Shown in pieces: positions 1-11,400 of a DNA stretch of 64,000 bases. Position 1 is the first letter of the stretch. Every line of letters begins with the position of its first letter. The notes under the pieces were generated by a model. That model was not told the DNA's origin. It was given only the letters and a program-made list of their open reading frames with translations, and made no database searches. Both the position numbers and the translations under genes were made by a program. This stretch comes from Macrostomum lignano (Eukaryota). The stretch is taken from positions 1-64,000 of the forward strand of contig NIVC01003733.1 in NCBI GenBank assembly GCA_002269645.1. The letters run 5' to 3'.

Positions 1-818
1 ACCTATCTGAGTTCTGTACACCTATCTGAGTTTCTGTACACCTATCTGAGTTTCTGTACACCTATCTGAGTTTCTGTACACCTATCTGAGTTTCTCTACA
101 CCTATCTGAGTGTCTGTTTGCCTATCTGAGTGTCTGTTTACCTATCTGAGAGTCTGTACACCTATCTGAGTGTCTGTTTGCCTATCTGAGTGTCTGTAAA
201 CCTATCTGAGAGTCTGTACACCTATCTGAGAGTCTGTACACCTATCTGAGAGTCTGTACACCTATCTGAGAGTCTGTTTACCTATCTGAGTGTCTGTTTA
301 CCTATCTGAGAGTCTGTACACCTATCTGAGTGTCTGTTTGCCTATCTGAGTGTCTGTAAACCTATCTGAGTCTGTACACCTATCTGAGAGTCTGTTTACC
401 TATCTGAGTGTCTGTTTACCTATCTGAGAGTCTGTACACCTATCTGAGTGTCTGTTTGCCTATCTGAGTGTCTGTAAACCTATCTGAGAGTCTGTACACC
501 TATCTGAGAGTCTGTACACCTATCTGAGAGTCTGTACACCTATCTGAGAGTCTGTACACCTATCTGAGTGTCTGTTACCTATCTGAGTGTCTGTTTACCT
601 ATCTGAGTTTCTGTACCTATCTGAGTTTCTGTACACCTATCTGAGTTTCTGTACACCTATCTGAGTTTCTGTACACCTATCTGAGTTTCTGTACACCTAT
701 CTGAGTTTCTGTACACCTATCTGAGTTCCTGTACACCTATCTGAATTTCTGTACACCTATCTGAGTGTCTGTTTACCTATTTGAGTGTCTGTAAACCTAT
801 CTGAGTGTCTGTAAACCT
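1..818. repeat. 20-bp minisatellite (ACCTATCTGAGTTTCTGTAC and variants)
   Basis: Direct tandem periodicity. Confidence 0.95.
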
Positions 819-1217
819 ACTCTCTTCTCCTGTTTTTGCCATCAAGTGTCTATTCTGCAGTTTATCCATACTAGTACGCGCTCGTATATAAGTATGCTTT
901 AATGTAACATTACCTTTTGAGCAGATAAAGTTCCCATTCGCTCAATGTCTCCAGTTGTCTCATCCAAACTCTTTGATTCACCTGCCAAAATGACAAAATA
1001 GTTTTAAAAACGTTACTCGTTATTAATAATAATTATTTTCAGCAGCGAATTTAGAAACATGCAGAAATAAAAAGTGCAAAATTGCACCACAGCAGGAAGT
1101 TGAATTTCGATCTGAATGCGGGACAGACATCCGGAATCCATGCCATGGTTGGGATGCGCCGACCTGGGATCTGGGTTGCAAAACAGGCAGTTTCTGTATA
1201 GTAATTTGGGAGTCATA

Positions 1218-2030
1218 CAGTTAGATAATGAGTCAGACAGTGAGACAACGAGAGTCAGACAGTGAGATAATGAGAGTCGGACAGTGAGATAATGAGAGTC
1301 GGACAGCTAAAGAACGAGAGTCAGACAGTGAGATAATGAGAGTCGGACAGCTAAAGAACGAGAGTCAGACAGTTAGAGAATGAGAGTCAGACTGTTAGAG
1401 AATGAGAGTCATTCAGTTAGATAACGAGAGTCAGACAGTTAGAGAATGAGAGTCAGACTGTTAGAGAATGAGAGTCATTCAGTTAGATAACGAGAGTCAG
1501 ACAGTTAGATAATGAGAATCAGACAGTTAGAGAGTGAGTGTCATTCAGTTAGAGAACGAGAGTCGGACAGTTAGAGAATGAGAGTCAGACAGTTAGATAA
1601 CGAGAGTCAGACAGTTAGATAACGAGAGTCAGACAGTTAGATAATGAGAATCAGACAGTTAGAGAGTGAGTGTCAGACTGTTAGAGAACGAGAGTCGGAC
1701 AGTTAGAGAATGAGAGTCAGACAGTTAGATAACGAGAGTCAGACAGTTAGATAACGAGAGTCAGACAGTTAGATAATGAGAATCAGACAGTTAGAGAATG
1801 AGAGTCAGACTGTTAGAGAACGAGAGTCGGACAGTTAGAGAATGAGAGTCAGACAGTTAGATAACGAGAGTCAGACAGTTAGAGAATGAGAGTCAGACTG
1901 TTAGAGAACGAGAGTCGGACAGTTAGAGAATGAGAGTCAGACTGTTAGAGAACGAGAGTCAGACAGTTAGATAACGAGAGTCAGACAGTTAGATAATGAG
2001 AATCCGACAGTTAGAGAGTGAGAGTCAGAT
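1218..2030. repeat. ~22-bp minisatellite (GAGAGTCAGACAGTTAGATAAC and variants)
   Basis: Direct tandem periodicity. Confidence 0.95.
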
Positions 2031-2439
2031 AGGGACAGGGTGAGAGTCAAACGGACGATTCAGAAATCAAGCGATATAGTGCGCAGGCTGTGCTTCGCAG
2101 TTCACCAGTCCCGCTCCTGCACAGCTAAATAATTCATGCATACCCTGTGCCTTTGCCTCGAATAAGATGGACTGTTTTATGTACCAAAGTAGCCAACTGG
2201 TCTGGCGAGTCATCTGTCCATTCGCAGAGGAAATTGCATCCCCTCTTCTACCCCCTTTTCCGCGAAACAGTCTTTCTCGAAAATATTGCTACTGTAATGT
2301 CCCGGCGGTTTTATTGCATTGGGAAAAATTTTATTGCCTCTTTGGCCTCGCGGATATTTGGGTCATTAAGATGGTCTGATCTTAGCTCGCATTATCGAAA
2401 ATATTGTTTTAGCTATCGTTTATGACAGACGAATGGACT

Positions 2440-2705
2440 AGCAATCCACTGCAATCCATAATCCATGTCTTTGGCTAGATTAGCAATCCATTCTAATCCA
2501 TAATCCATGTCTTTGGCTAGATTAGCAATCCAGTCTAATCCATAATACATTCTTTGGCTAGATTAGCAATCCATTCTAATCCTTAATCCATGGCTTTGGC
2601 TAGATTAGCAATCCATTCTAATCCATAATCCATGTCGTTGGCTAGATTAGCAATCCATTCTAATCCATTCTAATCCATGTCTTTGGCTAGATTAGCAATC
2701 CATTA
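2440..2705. repeat. 42-bp minisatellite, about 6 copies (GCTAGATTAGCAATCCATTCTAATCCATAATCCATGTCTTTG)
   Basis: 42-bp period. Confidence 0.9.
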
Positions 2706-3104
2706 ATTCAAATCCTTCATGCAGAACCAAGGCGGACCAAAAAAAAAATGGGATTAAGTCAGACTGAACCAACCGCGCTGTTTTCCCAGATTGGAAATTT
2801 TCCCAGCACCACCGGATTCGCGAACACTGGGCGGAGATGAAAATATTGGCGACGGTGGCATCGAAGTGACCTCGAAGGGCTCGGCTGGAAGAGTTCGGCG
2901 AGAGGAGGAGTAAAACATGATGGATTCCTGGCCAGACTCAGTACGACAATGTCCGCACAGTTTGCTTAGCATACAGATGGAGCCTTATCAGCTAAGTGGA
3001 TCTCGCAGCCTAGGCTCAGACTGCTCAATAAGTTCAGACAGTTGTTTTTTCCACCTCTGACCAGCTCGGGCTAAAAGTGCATTCTGTCTGAGCTGGCTCT
3101 TAAT

Positions 3105-4465
3105 GTCTCCCTTCTCCGTCACTCTCCGTCTCTCCCCTCTACGCTCGTATGTCTCTCCATTTTCCATCTCTCCCCTATCTGTCTCTCCCCTTTCTGTCTC
3201 TTCCCTTTCTGTCTCTCCCCTTTCTGTCTCTCCCCTTTCTGTCTCTCCCCTCTCCGTCTCTCCCTTTTCCATCTCTCCCTCTCCGTCTCTCCCCTCTCCG
3301 TCTTCCCCTCTCCGTCTCTCCCCTCTCCGTCTCTCCCTTTTCCATCTCTCCCCTCTCCGTCTTCCCCTCTCCGTCTTCCCCTCTCCGTCTTCCCCTCTCC
3401 GTCTTCCCCTCTCCGTCTCTCCTCTCTCCGTCTCTCCCCTCTCCGTCTTCCCCTCTCCGTCTTCCCCTCTCCGTCTCTCCTCTCCGTCTTCCCCTCTCCG
3501 TCTCTCCTCTCTCCGTCTCTCCCCTCTCCGTCTTCCCCTCTCCGTCTTCCCCTCTCCGTCTCTCCTCTCTCCGTCTCTCCCCTCTCCGTCTTCCCCTCTC
3601 CGTCTCTCCCCTCTCCGTCTCTCCTCTTTCCATCTCTCCCTTTTCCATCTGTCCCCTCTCCGTCTCTCCCCTCTCCGTCTTTCCCCTCTCCGTCTCTCCC
3701 CGCTCCGTCTCTCCTCTCTCCGTCTCTCCCTTTTCCATCTCTCCCCTCTCCATCTTCTCCTCTCCGTCTTCCCCTCTCCGTCTCTCCTCTTTCCGTCTCT
3801 CCCTTTTCCATCTCTCCCCGCTCCGTCTCTCCCCTCTCCGTCTCTCCCCTCTCCGTCTCTCCCTTTTCCATCTCTCCCCGCTCCGTCTCTCCCCTCTCCG
3901 TCTCTCCCCTCTCCCCTCTCCGTCTCTCCCTTTTCCATCTCTCCCCGCTCCGTCTCTCCCCTCTCCGTCTCTCCCCTCTCCCCTCTCCGTCTCTCCCTTT
4001 TCCATCTCTCCCCTCTCCGTCTCTCCCCTCTCCGTCTTCCCCTCTCCGTCTTCCCCTCTCCGTCTCTCCTCTCCGTCTTCCCCTCTCCGTCTCTCCCCTC
4101 TCCGTCTTCCCCTCTCCGTCTCTCCTCTCTCCGTCTCTCCCCTCTCCGTCTCTCCCCTCTCCGTCTCTCCCCTCTCCGTCTCTCCCTTTTCCGTCTCTCC
4201 CCTCTCCGTCTCTCCCCTCTCCGTCTCTTCCCTCTCCGTCTTCCCCTCTCCGTCTCTCCTCTCTCCGTCTCTCCCTTTTCCGTCTCTCCCCTCTCCGTCT
4301 TCCCCTCTCCGTCTTCCCCTCTCCGTCTCTCCTCTCTCCGTCTCTCCTCTCTCCGTCTCTCCCTTTTCCGTCTCTCCCCTCTCCGTCTCTCCCCTCTCCG
4401 TCTCTTCCCTCTCCGTCTTCCCCTCTCCGTCTCTCCTCTCTCCGTCTCCCTTTTCCATCTCTCCC
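3105..4465. repeat. CT-rich ~15-bp satellite (CTCCGTCTCTCCCCT)
   Basis: Source of five overlapping spurious ORFs. Confidence 0.95.
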
Positions 4466-4785
4466 CTGTTCTGCCCCCACAGCGCACCTCCCAGACTCGT
4501 GAAACACAAACAGGTCATAAATTTTCGAGAATGGAGTTTTCTCTCATTCAAATCTTTCCGCTTCCGCGACAAGGAAACTCAAACCCGCTCCGACGCAGCT
4601 GACAGATGAGACTCATATCCGTGCGCGCGTTTTATTTGACTTGTTTAAATCAGCAAATTGATGAAGAAGTTAATTAAATGTAGCAATTCCTTTCGCGAAG
4701 TCCCAACACGTTTCTAAGAATCTGTCTGGCTGGCATATAAAAATAGAATGCACTTTTAGAACGCGGGATTTTAGCCTAAACGATA

Positions 4786-5247
4786 GGCGCTGAAATAAGT
4801 GTCAGCTAAGGCGCTGAAATAAGTGTCAGCTAAGGCGCTGAAATAAGTGTCAGCTAAGGCGCTGAAATAAGTGTCAGCTAAGGCGCTGAAATAAGTGTCA
4901 GCTAAGGCGCTGAAATAAGTGTCAGCTAAGGCGCTAAAATAAGTGTCAGCTAAGGCGCTGAAATAAGTGTCAACTAAGGCGCTGAAATAAGTGTCAGCTA
5001 AGGCGCTGAAATAAGTGTCAGCTAAGGCGCTGAAATAAGTGTCAGCTAAGGCGCTGAAATAAGTGTCAGCTAAGGCGCTGAAATAAGTGTCAGCTAAGGC
5101 GCTGAAATAAGTGTCAGCTAAGGCGCTGAAATAAGTGTCAGCTAAGGCGCTGAAATAAGTGTCAGCTAAGGCGCTGAAATAAGTGTCAGCTAAGGCGCTG
5201 AAATAAGTGTCAGCTAAGGCGCTGAAATAAGGGTCAGCTAAGGCGCT
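4786..5247. repeat. 24-bp minisatellite, about 19 near-identical copies (GGCGCTGAAATAAGTGTCAGCTAA)
   Basis: Direct tandem periodicity with no spacers. Confidence 0.97.
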
Positions 5248-5283
5248 AAACTACAAAACCCACAAAAAGCATGCAAACCTTAC

Positions 5284-5482
5284 CGGCCTCCTCCTCAGAG
5301 TCGGACATGTTTTGCTCGGCCAAAGTGTCCGGCCGGCACATCTCCACAGTCTCCTCAATGGTGGTCAATTCTTCCTCCTCCCAGGTGCGCACCTGGCTGC
5401 TGCCACCGCCGCTGCTACGGAGCGCCTCGAAGACTTCGCGGTGGCCGCGGCAGCGGGCGAGCTGAGCCGGCGTGTGGCCGCG
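5284..5482 (-). CDS. Ank: Ankyrin exon, last ANK repeat plus linker ([14 protein letters not shown]...MSDSEEEA)
   Basis: Acceptor cacctcag|CGC, donor G|GTAAGG (phase 1). The end resembles the ankyrin VPETMTEVLDVSDEEG linker. Confidence 0.85.
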
Positions 5483-8400
5483 CTGAGGTGCGAGCGGATT
5501 TTTGTCTTCTTGAGCAAAATTTAGTTGACATATACTCATAGGTCTACTTATTAGTAGGCTACTATCAGTAGTATGGTGCGTGTGTGAAAGAATATGTGGA
5601 TTCAGCACATTCTAATTTTTAAGTAATTCGTTTCGCAATTTATTTTATTTCGAAAGTTTTTATACGAGCGTATAAGGTGCTTTGATTCCTGTCTGTCTCT
5701 CCCCACTCCGTCTCTCCCCTCTCCGTCTCTCCCCTCTCCCCTCTCCATCTCTACCCTCTCCGTCTCTAATTGATTACACCTGCCCTAATAGCAGAAGGCT
5801 GAAGGCTGCGTACGGCTGTTCAGTCCAAGGACTGGAGGGTCGCCACACACACCCTCAATTACCCCAGCTAATGCTGGCACCCATTTTACTGAAACTGAAG
5901 CAATGCAGAGAGTTAAGTGTCTTGCTCAAGGAAACAAATTTTTCCGAGTGGAGAGAGAATCGAACTCCCGACCTTGAAGTCGTGAGTCCGACGCTCGGAC
6001 CACTAGGCTACAACCCCCCCTCATGCTCACCGAATTCAGCGGGCTGGGCTCAACCCCAGCTGCCAGCAGCGCCAGCACGAGCTGCAGGTGGCCCTCCTGC
6101 GCTGCCAGGTGCAACGGCGTGGCGCCGCCGGCGTTGTCCCGCGCCGAGGCCGCGGCGCCGTGGCCAAGCAGGAAGCGCGCGGTTGAGAGGCGACCAAAAA
6201 AGCAGGCAGCGTGCAGCGGGGTGAAGCCGGCCCGAGTTGTTGGGTCAACCTGGGCGCCGTGGTGAACCACCAGCGACTCCGCCACGGCTAGACGGTCCTC
6301 CTGCGGTAGTTGAGCGGGGTTCGCTTGCACTCACTTGCTCTCTTGCATAGCGCTATATGGGGCTTTACTTAGATTAGACAGCATGCCCTAAGGAGACAGG
6401 AACAGATGAAAATTTCACCAAATAAACTTGTGAGTTTTACTCCAGATTTACTCATAATAATCAACTCCAGAACACTTGCGCTTCGCATCCTATTCTAACT
6501 CACTAGTAGCCGTCTTTTCACTTTGTTTTTCCTAAAATTTAAAAGCTAGATGTTGCAATAGAAATTTTTCCTAAAGAAGAGAATGTGGACGAAACCTACA
6601 TAAAAGTTTACTGCATTCGTCCTTGACCAGGAGTTGTCGCAACTTTGCTTTCACTGACCTGTGCTGCCAGGTGTAGCGGCGCAACTCCTCCTGTGGAGGC
6701 CTGGTCAACTCTGGCGCCACGGTTCACCAGCAGGTCGCACAACTCCGCGTGGCCCTCCTGCGCCGCCAGGTGCAGAGGAGCGAAGCCGCTCTTGGAGGCG
6801 GCGACAGCAGCGCCGGAGGCAGCGGCGTCCAGCAGGCAAGCGGCGAGGTCGACGGCGCCCCGTCTGGCTGCGATGTGCACCGGCGTGTAGCCGTTGCTGG
6901 CGGCGCACAGAGCGCTGGCACCGGCCTCGAGTAGGGCCTGAGCGGCCGACAGACGGTGGTAATGCGCCGCCAGATGCAGCGGCGTCAGGCCGTTCCGACC
7001 GCGAGCGTTCGCGTCGGCCTTGACGGCTGAAGCCGGCCCGGAGCGGCTGGTTGTCGTCAGCAGCAGCTGTCGGATGACTCCAGCTCGGTCGTATTTCGCC
7101 GCGGTGTGCAACGGCGTTGCTCCTCGACGCGTGGCTGCATGAGGGTCAGCGCCCGCGTCCAGCAGTAGCCGGACAACGGTCTCGTGGCCCTCCTTGGCTG
7201 CCGCGTGCAACGGCGTGTAGGCGTCCTTGCTGGTGGCGTTGGGGTCCGCGCCGGCCTGTCGGTTGATTGATTTGGGTTTGAACGAGTCAGAAGTTATTCG
7301 CTAAAGCTTAGCGTAACTTTCAACTCAATTTAACAGCATGAATATGAGGGTCGTAGTTGACCCAAGGAGGTTCATAACCCAGTGGTCCAAAGCGGTGCTC
7401 TCATGTTCCAGCGGCCCAGGCTCGATTCCAAGTGCAGTCACATTAAGTTGGGGCTAAATTGGAAGCTCGGCTTGGCTCTGCTCGTGCAATTAACGCCTTG
7501 AAGTGTACATGCCTAACGATAAATACAGTTAGGGTCGCTGTACACTCCTGTGAGTGAGTGTGTGCCTGTGTGCCTGTACATGTATCCGCGCGCTTGTGTG
7601 CCTGCTCAGGGGAGTCGGTGGAATTGGCAACAATGTCGCTTAGAGTGCGCCAGGGTGCACAGCCAAACAGCTAGAAAGAAACAGATAGAAACAAACAGCA
7701 TGAATAACCAGCTAATTAGATAGATAATCGCGCACCTGCAGCAGCACAGCAACAGCCTCGGCGTTTCCCATCCTGCAGGCCACGTGCAGCGCAGTCTGGC
7801 AGTCGCGGGCCACCGCGTCAACTGGGCAGCCGCCTCTGCCAAGCAGCAGCCGGACAACCTCGGCGTGACCTCCGCGCACCGCCAAATGCAGCGGCGTCTC
7901 GCCCCGGATCGTGGTTGCTGAGACCGCCGCTGCCGCCGCCGCGGCTGTGGAATCTCCTCCAGCAGAGCCTGTGGACGACCTCTGATCGAGTGGTGGCGGC
8001 ACCAGCAGCCTGGACACCACAGCCGCGTGGCCCATGTAGGCGGCCACGTGCAGCGGCGTCAAGCCGGACTCCGTGGCGGCGGCCGGATCGGCACCTCTGG
8101 CGAGCAGCAGTTCGACCACGCGGAGGCGGTTCTTCTTGCAGGCGATGTGCAGCGGCGTGAAGCCGTTCAGCGCTCGCGGCGCCACCCGACAGCCGTGGTC
8201 CAGGAGCAGCTGGGCGGAGCCGGCAAAGCCGCAGTGCGCAGCGACATGCAGCGGCGTCAGCAGGTCGACGGTGGCGTCCTCAGAGTGGGCGCCGTGGCTT
8301 AGCAGCAGGCGAGCGCAGTCGGCGTGATCGCCTTGCACCTGCAATGACGAATTCAATCAGCAGTCGGGGTTCTGTGTTTAAACAGCGATAGCTACGAGAT

Positions 8401-11400
8401 AGTTTGCCTCCTTTTGCTTGTTTTTGTTTTACTAATCTGTCACACAGTAGGCAGTGAAGAAGTTATTTTAATTGACAGACGATGATGCGCGATGTTGTCT
8501 AAAACCCCTTGGAATGTGAAGATAAGCCAAATCACTAGTAAACAGAATGTACGACTCGTCAAGGCCTCTCACCGCCATGTGCAGCGGAGTCAGGCCGCTC
8601 CTTGACCGCACCGACACCCCGGCTTGCCGAGCCAGCAGCAGCTCCAGCACGGCAGTTTGTCCAGACCGGGCTGCGCAGTGCAGCGGCGTCAGACCGTCGC
8701 GAGTTCGGCAGTCGACGCTGGCACCGGCGTCAAGAAGTCGCTGGGCGACCGCCTGGGTGCCCCACTTGGCGGCCACGTGCAGCGGTGCGATGCCATTGCG
8801 GGCCGGGTAGGTGGCATCGGCGCCGCGCTCCAGCAGCAGTCCGGCAACACCGGAGCTGCCGTAGTGCGCGGCGATGTGCAGCGCTGTGAAGCCGCTGCCA
8901 GCCTGCTGGTTGGTGTCGCACTCGGCCGTCAGCAGCAGCGCCGCCGACCGCGTGTCGTCTTTCTTAGCGGCCACATGCAGCGCCGGCATGCGCGACCGGC
9001 CCCGTGTGTCGTTCTCCAGCAGGATGGCCACCACCCTGTCGTGGCCCTGCTGCAGCGCCACGGCCAGAGGCGTGAAGCCGTCGGTAGTTGCGAGCGTCTG
9101 GAGAGCGCCGGAGGCCAACAGGAGGCGGACAACGTCGACGTGATTCTCCTGCGCTGCCATGTACAGCGGCGTGAAGCCGTTCTGCGACTGGCAGTTCACT
9201 TTGGCGCCCTTCTCTATCAACAGCCGGGCCACTTCCAGCTGTCCGGCCAAGCAGGCGATGTGCAGCGCCGTGTTGCCCTTCTTTGTGCAGGCGTCCGGGT
9301 CGGCATTTCGCATCAATAGCTCTCTGACCACCGCAGTGTGGCCCTCCTTGGCTGCCAGATGCAGCGCATTCAGGCCGTTCTGTTTGGGCGAATGGTTTGA
9401 TAGGGGAAGTTCATTGAGCGTGTATGAGCTCTATGATCTAAATGACGATTCTGCAATCGCAAATTAAGGATTAAGGATTAACACAGAATAAATGTATTCT
9501 GTATGTAAAATCCCAATTAGTGCCAGAGTTTATGCTTCTTAATTCCCAAAGCATCAGACATCTTGGACTTGGGACTTGGACATTAGAGCGACAGACAGAT
9601 CCATATCGATGCACTTTGAGTGGGAAAGATCGACACTTAAGATTGAGAATTGCGGAACTTCGATTTACATTAATGACTAAAATCTTTTTTGGACTGCCTC
9701 TCAATCGAGCATCCATTTCTATCTCAGTCAGCTCTCTGACCCTGAAATTCGAAATCAAACCGCTCTAATTTGACTCTTGACCGTTTCCCAAGTCGATTCT
9801 GGCTCATTGGGAATGGGAGAATATTGATTCCGTTGGGAGATTGGTCAGAAAATTAATTCTGCTTGACAAAACTCGTACTCATTTATCTGGCTTGGCCAGA
9901 AGACACTTGAGTGACTTTTTTGATTTTCTATGAGCAAAGGAAATGTTCTTGTCCGAACGCTGGTCTTTAATTACCAAGTCTAGTTCCCGGGAATCAATGC
10001 CTTCTTTGCTTCGAGTCCGCGGTTAAAAGACATTCCGGCTGCAGAATCAACCTGTTTTTTACACAAAAACAAGTAGTTTGAGGACTGCTTGCGGCAGCAG
10101 AATTTAAGTATAGCTCGTATAGCGATGTTGCTGGAAATCACAACAAAGTTACGAGTAGAAGGAAGCCGTCAGTGGCCAAAGTCACCAGTGTCGTTTGTTA
10201 ATAAGATTAGAAAACTCATGGTGAGTCGACATTCCGTTTCAGCCTATGTGGGGCCAGAAAATGAGAAATCGTGCCAGCCCCAGACTAGCAGTCACCCTTA
10301 GGGCGTGCGATGGAGCTATCCGATGCGCAAAGGCAGCAGGAAATTTGACCTTGCTCAAGCGTATTTCGGCTGAGCTCAGAGAGGCGCTGGAGCGTTCCCG
10401 GGGGAGTCGAACTCTCGGCTATCGCGCTTTTGAATAGCTCAAATTCGACTCATCTCTCTGGCACTCTCTCGTTCAATATCAATCCCATTCTTAACGCCTG
10501 TTGCTCCGTTCTTTCCTTCCTCCGTGCTTTTGTTTTCCCGCTTTTCTGGTACAGGCTCCGGTACCCTCCGGCTGGTCCGTCTATGATCAGCTCTGCTACC
10601 CCACCGATCCGTCTATGATCAGCTCTGCTACCCCACCGATAAGTCTATGATCAGCTCTGCTACCCCACCGATCCGTCTATGATCAGCTCTGCTACCCCAA
10701 CCGATCCGTCTATGATCAGCTCTGCTACCTCACCGATCCGTCTATGATCAGCTCTGCTACCCCAACCGATCCATCTATGATCAGCTCTGCTACCTCACCG
10801 ATCCGTCTATGATCAGCTCTGCTACCCCACCGATCCGTCTATGATCAGCTCTGCTACCCCACCGATCCGTCTATGATCAGCTCTGCTACCCCACCGATCC
10901 GTCTATGATCAGCTCTGCTACCTCATCGATCCGTCTATGATCAGCTCTGCTACCCCAACCGATCCATCTACGATCAGCTCTGCTACCCCACCGATCCGTC
11001 TATGATCAGCTCTGCTACCCCACCGATCCGTCTATGATCAGCTCTGCTACCTCACCGATCCGTCTATGATCAGCTCTGCTACCCCACCGATCCATCTATG
11101 ATCAGCTCTGATACCCCACCGATCCATCTATGATCAGCTCTGCTACCCCACCAATTCGTCTATGATCAGCTCTGCTACCCACCGATCCATCTATGATCAG
11201 CTCTGCTACCCCACCGATAAGTCTATGATCAGCTCTGCTACCCCACCGATCCGTCTATGATCAGCTCTGCTACCTCACCGATCCGTCTATGATCAGCTCT
11301 GCTACCCCAACCGATCCGTCTATGATCAGCTCTGCTACCCCACCGATAAGTCTATGATCAGCTCTGCTACCCCAACCGATCCGTCTATGATCAGCTCTGC

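Noticed and set aside
2440-2705. Cluster of TAATCC (K50 homeodomain) sites as an enhancer
   Set aside because: The sites are simply part of the 42-bp repeat unit, and there is no independent support.
2754-2972. 72-aa minus-strand ORF as the next ankyrin exon
   Set aside because: No phase-1 acceptor fits this frame, and it has no ZU5-linker motif. Segments at 1080-1200, 2040-2120 and 4480-4620 also failed on phase, stops or homology.
2988-4609. Five overlapping 460-500 aa ORFs on both strands
   Set aside because: CT/GA simple repeat, open in most frames.
6023-9467. Many plus-strand and alternate-frame ORFs over ankyrin exons, and similarly over mGluR exons
   Set aside because: Shadow ORFs expected in very GC-rich coding DNA.
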